This document shows, in pieces, positions 26,622-35,300 of a stretch of 64,000 nt of DNA. The stretch is from Acidobacteriota bacterium (GTDB lineage: Bacteria > Acidobacteriota > Thermoanaerobaculia > Multivoradales > Multivoraceae). Position 1 is the first letter of the stretch. Every line of letters begins with the position of its first letter. A program made the translations under genes and the position numbers. Below the pieces are notes generated by a model. That model saw nothing but the letters and a program-made list of their open reading frames with translations. It was not told the origin of the DNA and did not search any database. The DNA lies in NCBI GenBank assembly GCA_039026915.1, contig JBCCLJ010000004.1:1650-65649 (forward strand). Reading direction: 5' to 3'.

Positions 26622-27017
26622 GTAGAGGCCGTCCGAGTCGGCGTGGATTGCCGTCGGAGGGTCGGTGAGTGGCCAGGGCGCTTGCCAGGAGCCCGTTGCA
26701 AGGTCGAAACGCTCGATGCGGGGAGGCGAGTCGTAGGCGATGAAGAAGGTGTCGTTGCCGGAGACGGCTTCGACCCAGGGAGTGGCGACCAGTGCGGCTG
26801 AGCGTTGGTAGACCCGGACGCCGAGATCGTTCGTCGACGTCAGCGACCAGTCGTCTCCAGAGCTGGCACTGGACAGCGTGGCAGTCGATAGCGCCGCGAT
26901 GATGAGGATCGCAGCAAACCGGGCCCTGCTGCGCCAGAGTCGGCTTGTGGGTCGTGGGCTAGAGAAGAAGACATGTAACCATGCATTCTACTCTCCCCCC
27001 GCCAGAGGCCCGACGTC

Positions 27018-29084
27018 CTAGACGTCCCCGCTCGTTCGATACCTCTCGAACCACGCGAGAATGTGCTGCACTTTCGAGATCAGATGACTCGGACGTGCGG
27101 CGATGCCGTGGGACGCTTCGGGAATGCGCACGAGCGCCGTTTCGACGCCGACGAGCTGCAGCGCCTGGTAGTACTGCTCCGACTCGGACATCGGCGTGCG
27201 GTAGTCGGCCTCGCCGGTGATCAGCATCGTCGGCGTCGTCACGTTCTTGACGTACGAGATCGGTGAGCGCTGCATGTAGTGCTCGAGATTGTCCCAGGGC
27301 AGGCCCGGGAACCAGGTCATGTGCGCGGTCGGGATGTCGGCGGTGAGCACCCAGCTGTACCAGTTGATCACCGGCTTCTGCACGGCGGCCCCGGCGAAGC
27401 GCTCGGTGTGGCCGACGATCCAGCTGGTGAGCACGCCGCCGCCGCTGCCGCCGGTGACGAAGAGCTGCTTTTCATCGACGTAGCCCTGGGCGATCACCGC
27501 GTCAACGCCGGACATCAGGTCGTCGTAGTCGTTGCTCGGGTAGGCGTGGTGGATCTCGTTGGCGAAGTCCTCGCCGTAGCTCGTGCTGCCGCGCGGGTTC
27601 GTGTAGAGCACGACGTAGCCGGCCGAGGCGTAGAGCTGAATCTCCGCGGCGAAGCGGTCGCCATAGTCCGAGAAGGGGCCACCGTGAATCTCGAGGATCA
27701 GCGGGTACTTCTTGGACGGGTCGAAGCCGGGCGGCTTGGCGATCCAGCCCTGCACGTCGAGGCCGTCGTGCGACGACTTCCACCAGATCTCTTCGACGGC
27801 GCCGAGCTCCTTGTGGCCGAAGAGGTCGTCGTTGAGGCGAGTCAGACGGCGCGGTTCTTTGCCCTGCTCGACAACGGCAAGATCGGCCGGGTGGCTCGGG
27901 TTGGTGACGGTGAAGGCGAAGCGGTCGTTCTTCGAGACGGAGTACTGACCGCCGCCGTACGGGCGGCCGAGTGAGAGTCCGCCGAAGTTGTCGGCCAGGA
28001 TTCCCACCTCACCGTCGAGCGAGATGCGCGCGAGCTTGCCGTTGCCCTCGGTCGAGTAGGTGAAATAGAGGCTCTTGCCGTCGCTCGACCAGCGCTGGCC
28101 GCCGAGGCTGCGGTCGATCTCGGCTCCCAGCGTGCGCACGTTCTTGCCGTCCGCGTCCATCACCTGAAGCACGCTGTTCTGGTGGCCGAGGTACTTCTGG
28201 TCGTAGCCGCCGTAGGCGATGTGCTTTCCATCGGGCGAAACGATGGGGCTCCGGTCCGGTCCGTGGCGTGAGGTGAGCGCCTTGAGGTCGCCGCTCGCGA
28301 GGTCGAGAGCGTAGACCTCGCTGTTGCTCGGATCGTCCTCCCATTCGTCGCGCAGGTTGCCGGAGAAGTAGAGCGTCTTGCCGTCGGCGCTCCACGACGG
28401 CGTACCACCGTGGTTGAACTTGCCCGTCGTCAGTTGGCGCGGCGTGCCGCCCTCGGCGGTGAGCACGAAGAGCTGACGGAAGCCGGGCTGTGAGAAGCCG
28501 CCGCCGTCGGAGCGGTAGAACATCGTGTCGTAGACGCGGGCCGGCGGAGCCCACGTCGCACCCTGGGGCTTGGCCGGCATCTTGGCGAAGGGCTTCGGCT
28601 GCTCGGGAACGAACATGGAGAAGGCGATCCACTGCCCGTCGGGCGACCAGCTGAGACCGCCGGGGCCGCGCTCGAGATGGGTCAGCTTGGCGACCTGGCC
28701 GGTGTCGCTGTAGCGCACGAAGATCTGACTGCGGCCGTCTTCGTCGGACGAGACGTAGGCCAGACGGTCTCCCGACGGCGACCAGCGCGGCGAGCGGAAG
28801 CTCGCCTTGCCGGAGATCAGCGGGCGATGCCCGGTGCCGTCCCAGTTGATCGTCCAGAGGTCCGAGTTGGGCCGGTCGGTCATGATGTCGAGGCTCGTGC
28901 GCGCATAGACGATGCGGCTGCCGTCCGGAGCAATCTGCGGATCGCTCGCGTATTCGAGCTCGAAGACGTCGCGCGGGCCGAAGGTAGAGGCGTCGCCGTT
29001 GGCGAGAAGCGGCGCGGCGGCAGCGCACAGGACCAGGGCGGCGAGGATTGGCAAGGGCCAAAGAGGATGGGTCGGCTTAGTCAT
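27018..29084 (-). CDS. S9 family serine peptidase with TolB-like beta-propeller, secreted (paralog of 11135..13204)
   Basis: ATG 29084 follows GAGAGGAGAAAAAC. Signal peptide MTKPTHPLWPLPILAALVLCAAAAPLLA. WSPSG/WSPDG/WSADG propeller motifs. Catalytic VTGGSGGGV, TGEADYRTP and EASHGI. Confidence 0.9.
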   Translation of the reverse strand: MTKPTHPLWPLPILAALVLCAAAAPLLANGDASTFGPRDVFELEYASDPQIAPDGSRIVYARTSLDIMTDRPNSDLWTINWDGTGHRPLISGKASFRSPRWSPSGDRLAYVSSDEDGRSQIFVRYSDTGQVAKLTHLERGPGGLSWSPDGQWIAFSMFVPEQPKPFAKMPAKPQGATWAPPARVYDTMFYRSDGGGFSQPGFRQLFVLTAEGGTPRQLTTGKFNHGGTPSWSADGKTLYFSGNLRDEWEDDPSNSEVYALDLASGDLKALTSRHGPDRSPIVSPDGKHIAYGGYDQKYLGHQNSVLQVMDADGKNVRTLGAEIDRSLGGQRWSSDGKSLYFTYSTEGNGKLARISLDGEVGILADNFGGLSLGRPYGGGQYSVSKNDRFAFTVTNPSHPADLAVVEQGKEPRRLTRLNDDLFGHKELGAVEEIWWKSSHDGLDVQGWIAKPPGFDPSKKYPLILEIHGGPFSDYGDRFAAEIQLYASAGYVVLYTNPRGSTSYGEDFANEIHHAYPSNDYDDLMSGVDAVIAQGYVDEKQLFVTGGSGGGVLTSWIVGHTERFAGAAVQKPVINWYSWVLTADIPTAHMTWFPGLPWDNLEHYMQRSPISYVKNVTTPTMLITGEADYRTPMSESEQYYQALQLVGVETALVRIPEASHGIAARPSHLISKVQHILAWFERYRTSGDV

Positions 29085-29559
29085 CGTTTTTCTCCTCTCG
29101 CAGAGCTTCCAATTCTGCAATCGTCTCTAAATCGCGGGGGCGGCCCCCTGCCCGTTTTGTCGAGATCAGCTGATCCAGGCTAAGGCACGGAATCTCGAGC
29201 CCGAAGAGCTCGAGAACTAGGCATGAGGGCCTCAGATTGTCGAAGTTACCGCCACCGGAGATCTCGCCGAGTAGGTCGATTGCTCCGGAACGGGTCGAGA
29301 GTTTGAAGTTCAAACCCGAACGAATCGTCTCCAGGTCGAAGCGAAAGGGTAGTCCCGGAGGCGCCCCGCGGAGATAGGGATCGAGTGGCTGAAGAGCTGC
29401 CTCCAAGCGTGACAGGTTCACTTCGGCTCGGCTGTAGACGACATCAACGTCCTGGGTCGAGCGTGCTGAGCCGTGAGCCCTCGCTGCGAGCCCGCCGACG
29501 AGAATGAAGTCGACTCGTGCTTCGACCAGCGATCGGAGCAGTCCTTCGAAGTCGGTCAG
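29077..29559 (-). CDS. nucleotidyltransferase-fold protein (toxin-antitoxin-like module component)
   Basis: The ORF track gives 29077..29421 (GTG start). My upstream translation in the same open frame adds LTDFEGLLRSLVEARVDFILVGGLAARAHGSARSTQDVDVVYSRAE, the GG..HG..DxD nucleotidyltransferase core. The C-terminus has STKRAGGRPRDLETIAELEAL. The only start-like codon there is CTG 29559-29557, which overlaps the upstream stop. Confidence 0.6.
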   Translation of the reverse strand: MTDFEGLLRSLVEARVDFILVGGLAARAHGSARSTQDVDVVYSRAEVNLSRLEAALQPLDPYLRGAPPGLPFRFDLETIRSGLNFKLSTRSGAIDLLGEISGGGNFDNLRPSCLVLELFGLEIPCLSLDQLISTKRAGGRPRDLETIAELEALREEKNDD

Positions 29560-29738
29560 CGCTCGGCCTTTCTGCGCGCCTGGCGGAGCGCTGCCGCGAA
29601 CCTCTCGAGATCCACCAGCTCGCGCACTCGTTCGTCTGGCGTCTTACGCAATTGCTCGCGCAGCAGGGTTCGATCGATGTCCTGCTTGTAGAGGTCGATA
29701 ATCTCGTCGAGTGAGGATCGGCGTGTCTTTCCCGGCAC
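29556..29738 (-). CDS. small helical protein, putative partner of the nucleotidyltransferase
   Basis: 60-aa ORF, MPGKTRRSSLDEIIDLYKQDIDRTLLREQLRKTPDERVRELVDLERFAAALRQARRKAER. Its stop overlaps the proposed nucleotidyltransferase start. I recognise no family. Confidence 0.5.
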   Translation of the reverse strand: MPGKTRRSSLDEIIDLYKQDIDRTLLREQLRKTPDERVRELVDLERFAAALRQARRKAER

Positions 29739-29895
29739 AGGTTCCTTCCCGTTGTGGCCAGATCGTTCAAGTCTAGCGCCGGGTCAGCGTCGAGAGAACG
29801 AATCGCTTCGACCCTCGGCGGCCGTGAGTTTGCCCCTCGGATCTTGACGGCCTCTTTCTGGGAGCATGGTCTTATGGCTTCATGGAGGAGCTGTG

Positions 29896-31827
29896 ATGAG
29901 TACACGTTCGACGGCATGGCACCGCTTGCCCCTGACTCTCGCGATGTTGGTTCTGTTCGCCTGCCAGCCCCCCGAAACCACCGACGAGGCCGCGACCCTC
30001 GCTGACCCGCGGCTCAATCTCGCGCTCAACGACATCCAGGTCTTCGGCAGCCACAACAGCTACAAGGAAGCGATCGCGCCGGCGCTGCTGGCCGCCTACT
30101 CCGCCGACAGTCCGGAGACAGCCGCGTCGCTCGACTATTGGCACCCGTCGCTCACCGAGCAGCTCGACCTCGGCCTGCGCAAGCTCGAGCTTGACGTCTT
30201 CTACGACCCGGAGGGCGGGCGCTACGCCGCACCGTCGGGCTTCGGCTGGGCGGAGGAGATCGGCGCCGGGTCGCGCCGGCTATTCGATCTCGAAGGCGAG
30301 CTGGATCGTTCCGGCTTCAAGGTGCTGCACGTGCAGGACCTCGACTTTCGCTCGAACTGCTCGTCGCTGACCGCCTGCCTGCTCGAGCTGCGGGCTTGGT
30401 CGGAGAGTCGGCCGGGGCATCTTCCCGTGGTGATCACGGTGAACACCAAGGATCAGGTCATCGAGCGCGACGGCTTCGTGCGGCCGCTGCCGTTCGACGC
30501 TGTAGCGCTGCGCGCGCTCGACGCGGAGATCCTGCGCGTGCTCGGCAGCCAGCGGCTGATCACCCCGGACAACGTGCGGCGCAGCTCGGCGACGCTGGCT
30601 GAGGCGGTCGTCGAGCGCGGCTGGCCGACGCTGCAGCGGGCGGCCGGTCGGTTTCTCTGGGTCCTCGATCAGGGCGGCGAGATCCTCGAGAGCTACCTCG
30701 ACGGTGACGACACGCTCGCGGGGCGCGTCTTCTTCGTCAACGTGCCGCTCGACCATCCGGCCTCGGCGGTGCGCATCCTGAACGATCCCGTCGGGCAGGC
30801 GGAGGAGATCGCAGAGCACGCGCGTGCCGGGCGGCTCGTGCGCACGCGCGCCGACGCCAACACCGAGGAGGCTCGCACCGGTGATGTGTCGCGCCGCGAG
30901 GCGGCCTTCGCCTCGGGTGCGCAGCTCGTCAGCACGGACTACTACCTTCCCGAGCAGTCGCCGACGGACTACCTGGTGAGTCTCCCGGGGAGCCCGGGCA
31001 TCGTGGCGCGCTGCCTGCTGCAGCGAACAGCCGATCCCTGCGAGATCGCGCCGGTGGAGAAGATCGAGACGCCGGTGCGCCTCATCGCGCACCGCGGCGG
31101 CGTCGTCGATGAGGCGACGCCGGAGAACAGTCGTGCGGCGATCGAGAAGGCGGTCGCCGAGGGCTACTGGATGGTGGAGGTGGACCTGCGTCTGACGGCA
31201 GACGGCGAGATCGTCGCGCATCACGACGAGACGCTGTCGCGGATCTACGGTGACTCGCGCCGCGTCGACGGAGTGAAGCGCGTCGACCTCGAGGCGCTAC
31301 GCATGCGCATCGGCGGTGAGCCGCCGCTCTTCTTCGACGAGCTGCTGACGCTGCTGCGGGGCCGTCTGCAGATCATGCTCGACTTCAAGACGCCGAACGT
31401 CGCGCGGGAGGTCTTCGTCGAGATGGCGGACACGCTCGAGGCGAACGACCTGCTCGATGATGCCTACGTGATTGGCTCCAAGGAGTCACGCGCTGCTTTC
31501 GAAGGTCGAGCGCGCGTCGGCGTCTCGGCGGACCGTCTCGAGTCGCTGGCGGCTCGAGGGGGGCCTGTCGAGGGCTACTTCTTCTTTCGGCACGGACGAG
31601 ACCTCACCTCCTACGACGTGCTGCGCGCGCTCGAGCTGCGCCTGCCGATCGTGCCATCGGTGAACCTCTTCCACTATGCGGATCTGAAAGAGGGCCCCGG
31701 CGGCGGAGCGGAAGTGGCTCGCCTGGCGGCGAAGCGCGATCTCGACCGTCTAAGCCGCTGGGGCGTGACCGACTTTCAGATCGACTCGGTGTACGGCGAC
31801 GCGCTCTCGGGCGCGGACGCCCCCTGA
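29896..31827 (+). CDS. lipoprotein fusing a Ca2+-dependent PI-PLC-like domain to a glycerophosphodiester phosphodiesterase (GDPD) domain
   Basis: ATG 29896 follows GGAGGA. Lipobox LVLFAC. N-terminal domain: VFGSHNSYKEAI...LDYWHPSLTEQLDLGLRKLELDVFYDP...FKVLHVQDLDFRSNC. C-terminal domain: LIAHRGGVVDEATPENSRAAIEKAVAEGYWMVEVDLRLTADGEIVAHHDETL. Confidence 0.85.
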   Translation: MSTRSTAWHRLPLTLAMLVLFACQPPETTDEAATLADPRLNLALNDIQVFGSHNSYKEAIAPALLAAYSADSPETAASLDYWHPSLTEQLDLGLRKLELDVFYDPEGGRYAAPSGFGWAEEIGAGSRRLFDLEGELDRSGFKVLHVQDLDFRSNCSSLTACLLELRAWSESRPGHLPVVITVNTKDQVIERDGFVRPLPFDAVALRALDAEILRVLGSQRLITPDNVRRSSATLAEAVVERGWPTLQRAAGRFLWVLDQGGEILESYLDGDDTLAGRVFFVNVPLDHPASAVRILNDPVGQAEEIAEHARAGRLVRTRADANTEEARTGDVSRREAAFASGAQLVSTDYYLPEQSPTDYLVSLPGSPGIVARCLLQRTADPCEIAPVEKIETPVRLIAHRGGVVDEATPENSRAAIEKAVAEGYWMVEVDLRLTADGEIVAHHDETLSRIYGDSRRVDGVKRVDLEALRMRIGGEPPLFFDELLTLLRGRLQIMLDFKTPNVAREVFVEMADTLEANDLLDDAYVIGSKESRAAFEGRARVGVSADRLESLAARGGPVEGYFFFRHGRDLTSYDVLRALELRLPIVPSVNLFHYADLKEGPGGGAEVARLAAKRDLDRLSRWGVTDFQIDSVYGDALSGADAP

Positions 31828-31873
31828 TCGCGCCTGGGACCAACGACTCCAACGGGCTGATAGCTTGCCGACC

Positions 31874-32329
31874 ATGGCAGCCCTCGAGACCGCGCTCGTC
31901 AAGGCCGAGCGCATCGGCGTGCGCAACGCCAAGCGGCACATCTTTCTTTGTGCCGACACGACGAAGCCGAAGTGCTGCGCGCCGGAGCGTGGACGCGAGG
32001 CCTGGGCCTTTCTCAAGAATCGCCTGCGGGAGCTCGGCCTCTTCGACAGCGGCGAGGTGCTGCGCACGCGTGCGGACTGCCTGCGTATCTGCTCGAACGG
32101 TCCGATTGCCGTCGTCTATCCGGAGGGCGTCTGGTACCACAGCTGCGATCCGCCCGTGCTCGAGCGCATCCTGCAGGAGCACGTCCTGGGCGGTCGTCCG
32201 GTCGAGGAGTTTCAGCTCCTGGAGCGTTCTCTCGAGGGCGGAGAGATCGAACCGGGTGAGCCCGATGTGAAGCTGCCAAGGGGCGCCGGCGCGGGAGCGC
32301 GGTCAGCTCCTGAGCATCGTCAGTCATAG
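31874..32329 (+). CDS. thioredoxin-like [2Fe-2S] ferredoxin family protein
   Basis: HIFLCADTTKPKCCAPERG...ADCLRICSNGPIAVVYPEGVWYHSC shows the Cys pattern and fold signature of the (2Fe-2S) ferredoxin / sucrase-ferredoxin-like family. The 3' end overlaps the imuB 3' end by 10 nt (convergent genes). Confidence 0.7.
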   Translation: MAALETALVKAERIGVRNAKRHIFLCADTTKPKCCAPERGREAWAFLKNRLRELGLFDSGEVLRTRADCLRICSNGPIAVVYPEGVWYHSCDPPVLERILQEHVLGGRPVEEFQLLERSLEGGEIEPGEPDVKLPRGAGAGARSAPEHRQS

Positions 32330-34131
32330 ATGCCGTCGGCGAACCACCGTCCGTCAAGCCGATCTCGATAGATGCGGTACAGCCCACCGCTCTGCAGCTC
32401 GACGTCCCAGTAGTCGCGCTCGACCCGCGACTCGGACCACCACTGCTCTTCGAGTTCCCAGGGGCCTGAGGCGACGCGGATGCGGCCTTTGATCTTGAGC
32501 TGCTTCCTCTTGGAACCCTCCCCTTCGGTTTCGACCGGCTCTTCGCTTTCGCGAATCTCCAACGGTCGCGGGCGCCTTGCCGGGGCGCGACGGAAGAGGC
32601 CGGGTTGGCGATCGAGGCTGAGGGCTGCGGCGTCTTCGTTGCCGACCTGCTGCGGCGGAGACGACTGAGGCCGTTCCTCGTTTGTCACCACGTCGATCTC
32701 GACTGCCGGCCGCAGCACGCGCACGGCGAGCAGGCCGCGCCCCGGGTCGACCCGCTCTTTGACTTTGGGCGGCGGTGGCGGCGTGTACTCGACGAGTCGG
32801 AAACGTTCGGGGCTGTGGCCGTCCTGGGTGCGCGGCGAGCCGACCCGCCCCGGTCCGAGCAGGGTGAAGAGACGCGCCAGCGTCGTCGCGAGCCGGTCCG
32901 GTGAGAGCGACGCCGGGCCGAGTAGAGAGAGCTGAGCGAGCTTGGCGGCGTCGGGGTGCGCGGTGAGAGCGAAGCCGGTGACCGGAGCGCCGGCCGGGTG
33001 CGCTTCGAGGTCGAGACGCAGCAGCGTCAGCAGCGTCTTTACCTCGCGCGTCGGCGACGGCAGATCGATGCTGCGCTCCCAGAAGCCGTCGGGCTCGAGC
33101 TGCAGCGAGAGCTCGAGACGCCGGCAGCCGAGGCCGCGACGGTCGAGGCGCTCGACGAGGCGCTCGAGCGCGGTGCGCGCGACGAACAGCAGCGCCTCCA
33201 GATTGACGATAGGCCATTCGAGCGTCATGCCCTCGCGAAAGGTCTGTGGAGGCTCGCGGGCGATGAGCGGCTTCGGGTCGATGCCCCGCGCCACCGTATG
33301 CAGCTGCTGGCCGAGCTGTCCGAGCCGGCTCGCGACTTCGTTCTTCGGCAGCTTGGCGAACTCGCCGATGGAACCGATGCCCCAGCGCTTCAGCGTCTCG
33401 GCGACTTCGGCCTCCGGGCTCAAGCGATGCAGGGGCAGCGGCGCCAGGAAGAGCGCTTCTTCTCCCGGAGCGACGATCGTCGGTGAGTTGGGCAGGCCGG
33501 CAGCGACGCGCGCCGCCATCTTGCTCGAGGCGATGCCGAGACGTGCCGGCAGGCCGACCTGCTGCAGAGCCTTCAGCAGGTGCTCGCCGAAGTTCTGTTC
33601 GATCTCGGCGCTCCACTGCGTTGTTGAGGCTTCCTTCGCTTCGAGCGTGCTGGCGAAGTGCCGCTCGATGCCGCGCAGCTCGAGATACGCCAACCCTCCC
33701 CCCGCGTTCTCGACGCGAGGCGAGTAGCGGTCGATGACTTCGAGAAGAACCTCCTGGGCGGTGCGCTCGGACTCCGGATCGCGCGCGCGAGCGACCAGCT
33801 TCGGCAGGCGGGCGCGTGCCTGCGGCAGGGTCATACCCGGTTTGAGGCCCGCTTTGCGGGCGACCTTGGATGCCGCGACGATGCGCGCCGTCTGCCCGTT
33901 GCCTTCGAAGATGGCGACGCCCTCGCGCTGCAGCTCCGGCTCGCAGCGGAGACGTGCAGCGAGCGGAAAGAGCGGCAGGGCGATGCAGGCGATGCGGTGC
34001 CGCGTCTGCTGCTGCCTCTTTCTGTGGGCGCGCGCCGCGCGCGCTTTGCCGATCGCCTGCTGGGCGCGTTTACGGGACGGCCTGGCGAGATCCTTGGCGG
34101 CGAGGGGGCGCGGTGGGCGACTGGCGGGCAT
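32320..34131 (-). CDS. imuB: ImuB, Y-family DNA-polymerase-like protein of the mutagenesis cassette
   Basis: Internal ATG 34131 of ORF 32320..34392 overlaps the imuA stop by 1 nt (TGATG). Sequence IACIALPLFPLAARLRCEPELQREGVAIFEG...LPQARARLPKLV...RYSPRVE; the Y-family palm lacks the DxD catalytic acidic residues, as in ImuB. Confidence 0.85.
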   Translation of the reverse strand: MPASRPPRPLAAKDLARPSRKRAQQAIGKARAARAHRKRQQQTRHRIACIALPLFPLAARLRCEPELQREGVAIFEGNGQTARIVAASKVARKAGLKPGMTLPQARARLPKLVARARDPESERTAQEVLLEVIDRYSPRVENAGGGLAYLELRGIERHFASTLEAKEASTTQWSAEIEQNFGEHLLKALQQVGLPARLGIASSKMAARVAAGLPNSPTIVAPGEEALFLAPLPLHRLSPEAEVAETLKRWGIGSIGEFAKLPKNEVASRLGQLGQQLHTVARGIDPKPLIAREPPQTFREGMTLEWPIVNLEALLFVARTALERLVERLDRRGLGCRRLELSLQLEPDGFWERSIDLPSPTREVKTLLTLLRLDLEAHPAGAPVTGFALTAHPDAAKLAQLSLLGPASLSPDRLATTLARLFTLLGPGRVGSPRTQDGHSPERFRLVEYTPPPPPKVKERVDPGRGLLAVRVLRPAVEIDVVTNEERPQSSPPQQVGNEDAAALSLDRQPGLFRRAPARRPRPLEIRESEEPVETEGEGSKRKQLKIKGRIRVASGPWELEEQWWSESRVERDYWDVELQSGGLYRIYRDRLDGRWFADGIYD

Positions 34132-35147
34132 CAACGGCCTCCGCGCGAGACGAGGCGCGGCTTCTGAGACGCCGGTTGCGCCTTCCGACGCGGTCGTGCC
34201 GCGACCCGTTCGACGTCGAGATCGGCGAGGCCTTCGCTGGGCAGGCTGAGACCGAAGCTGCCGGAGAGCAGCGATTCGGCGACGTCCTTCGGCTTGAGTC
34301 GCGCGCGCGCCTTCTCGAGTCGCGCGGCGCCGTACACGCCCGCGAGCAGGCTCGGTGAGCGCTGCTGCCGAGAGCCTGGAGCCCGCCACCACGCCGCACG
34401 CCCGCGCGCCACTTCGACGACCGCCGTCGCCGCGGTGCCGCTGGCGCGGTAGGGGCTCGAGACGAGCAGCGCCCCGCGGTGGCTCTGTGCGGCGCGCGCG
34501 AGACGCAGCCAGGCGGCCTCCTGCCCCCGTCCGCCGGGGACCGGGGGCGCGCCCAGGTCGAGCACGACGAGCGGAAAACCGGTGACGAGCAACAGCTCGG
34601 CCGCACCGAGCGCCTGCTTGACGTGCTGCGGCCTGAGCCAGAGCAGACGCTCGAGACAGACGCCGGTGCGCTCGGCGATCTGCGGATCGAGGTGGTCGCC
34701 AAGATCGACCAGGGCCACCTGCTCACCGTTCTGCGTGGCGAGAGCGAGCGTCGCCTGCACGAGCGAAAAACGGCCGCTCGTGCGTGCACCCGGTGCACCG
34801 AGCACTTCGATCATCTCGCCGCGTGCGACACCGCCTTGCAGAAGCTCGTCGAAGGTCTCGAGACCGGTGGCGAAGAGCTCGGTGTCGCCGTGAGAACGCG
34901 AGCGCACCAGGCGCCGCGCCTTGAAGACCTGGTCCTGCAGTGGGTTTTGCCCGAAGCCGACCTCGTCGAGTTGGATACATTGCGTATCCGGGTCGAAATC
35001 GCCCTCCAACCCGTCGAAATCGCCCTCGAAGGGCGCAAATCCGTCGCTGCCGTAGTCGTCCTGAGGCGAAAGATCTTCGCGCAACGCTTCTTCGCTGAGC
35101 AGCTCCAGGCTGAGGCGGGGGGCGAAAGATGCGTTCGAGTGGGGCAT
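34131..35147 (-). CDS. imuA: ImuA, RecA/SulA-fold protein of the mutagenesis cassette
   Basis: FATGLETFDELLQGGVARGEMIEVLGAPGARTSGRFSLVQATLALATQNGEQVALVDLGDHLDP... followed by LLWLRP...LVVLDLG. It has an unusually long acidic N-terminal extension (about 95 aa, EGDFDGLEGDFD). Confidence 0.8.
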   Translation of the reverse strand: MPHSNASFAPRLSLELLSEEALREDLSPQDDYGSDGFAPFEGDFDGLEGDFDPDTQCIQLDEVGFGQNPLQDQVFKARRLVRSRSHGDTELFATGLETFDELLQGGVARGEMIEVLGAPGARTSGRFSLVQATLALATQNGEQVALVDLGDHLDPQIAERTGVCLERLLWLRPQHVKQALGAAELLLVTGFPLVVLDLGAPPVPGGRGQEAAWLRLARAAQSHRGALLVSSPYRASGTAATAVVEVARGRAAWWRAPGSRQQRSPSLLAGVYGAARLEKARARLKPKDVAESLLSGSFGLSLPSEGLADLDVERVAARPRRKAQPASQKPRLVSRGGR

Positions 35148-35169
35148 GGATCAGTGTCGAGTGGGTCAT

Positions 35170-35199
35170 CGAGTGTAGGCGTAACTGAGGCGTAAATTC
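35170..35199 (-). promoter_or_regulatory. putative promoter/operator: ATTTACGC-N5-TTACGC-C-TACACT (partner of 23726-23754)
   Basis: Minus strand reads GAATTTACGCCTCAGTTACGCCTACACTCGATGACC. It lies 24 nt upstream of the imuA ATG. Confidence 0.45.
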
Positions 35200-35300
35200 A
35201 AGGGGCAAGTTGGGCTTCGATAGCTTGCCTGCAATCGATCCGTTAGCTCGTGGGCGATTCGGGCCGCTGCGACGCGACCTTTGGCCCGCTTGCCACGTCG

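Noticed and set aside
32320-32329. 10-nt convergent overlap of the ferredoxin-like gene and the imuB 3' end
   Set aside because: Short convergent overlaps are common in compact high-GC genomes. There is no evidence of functional significance.
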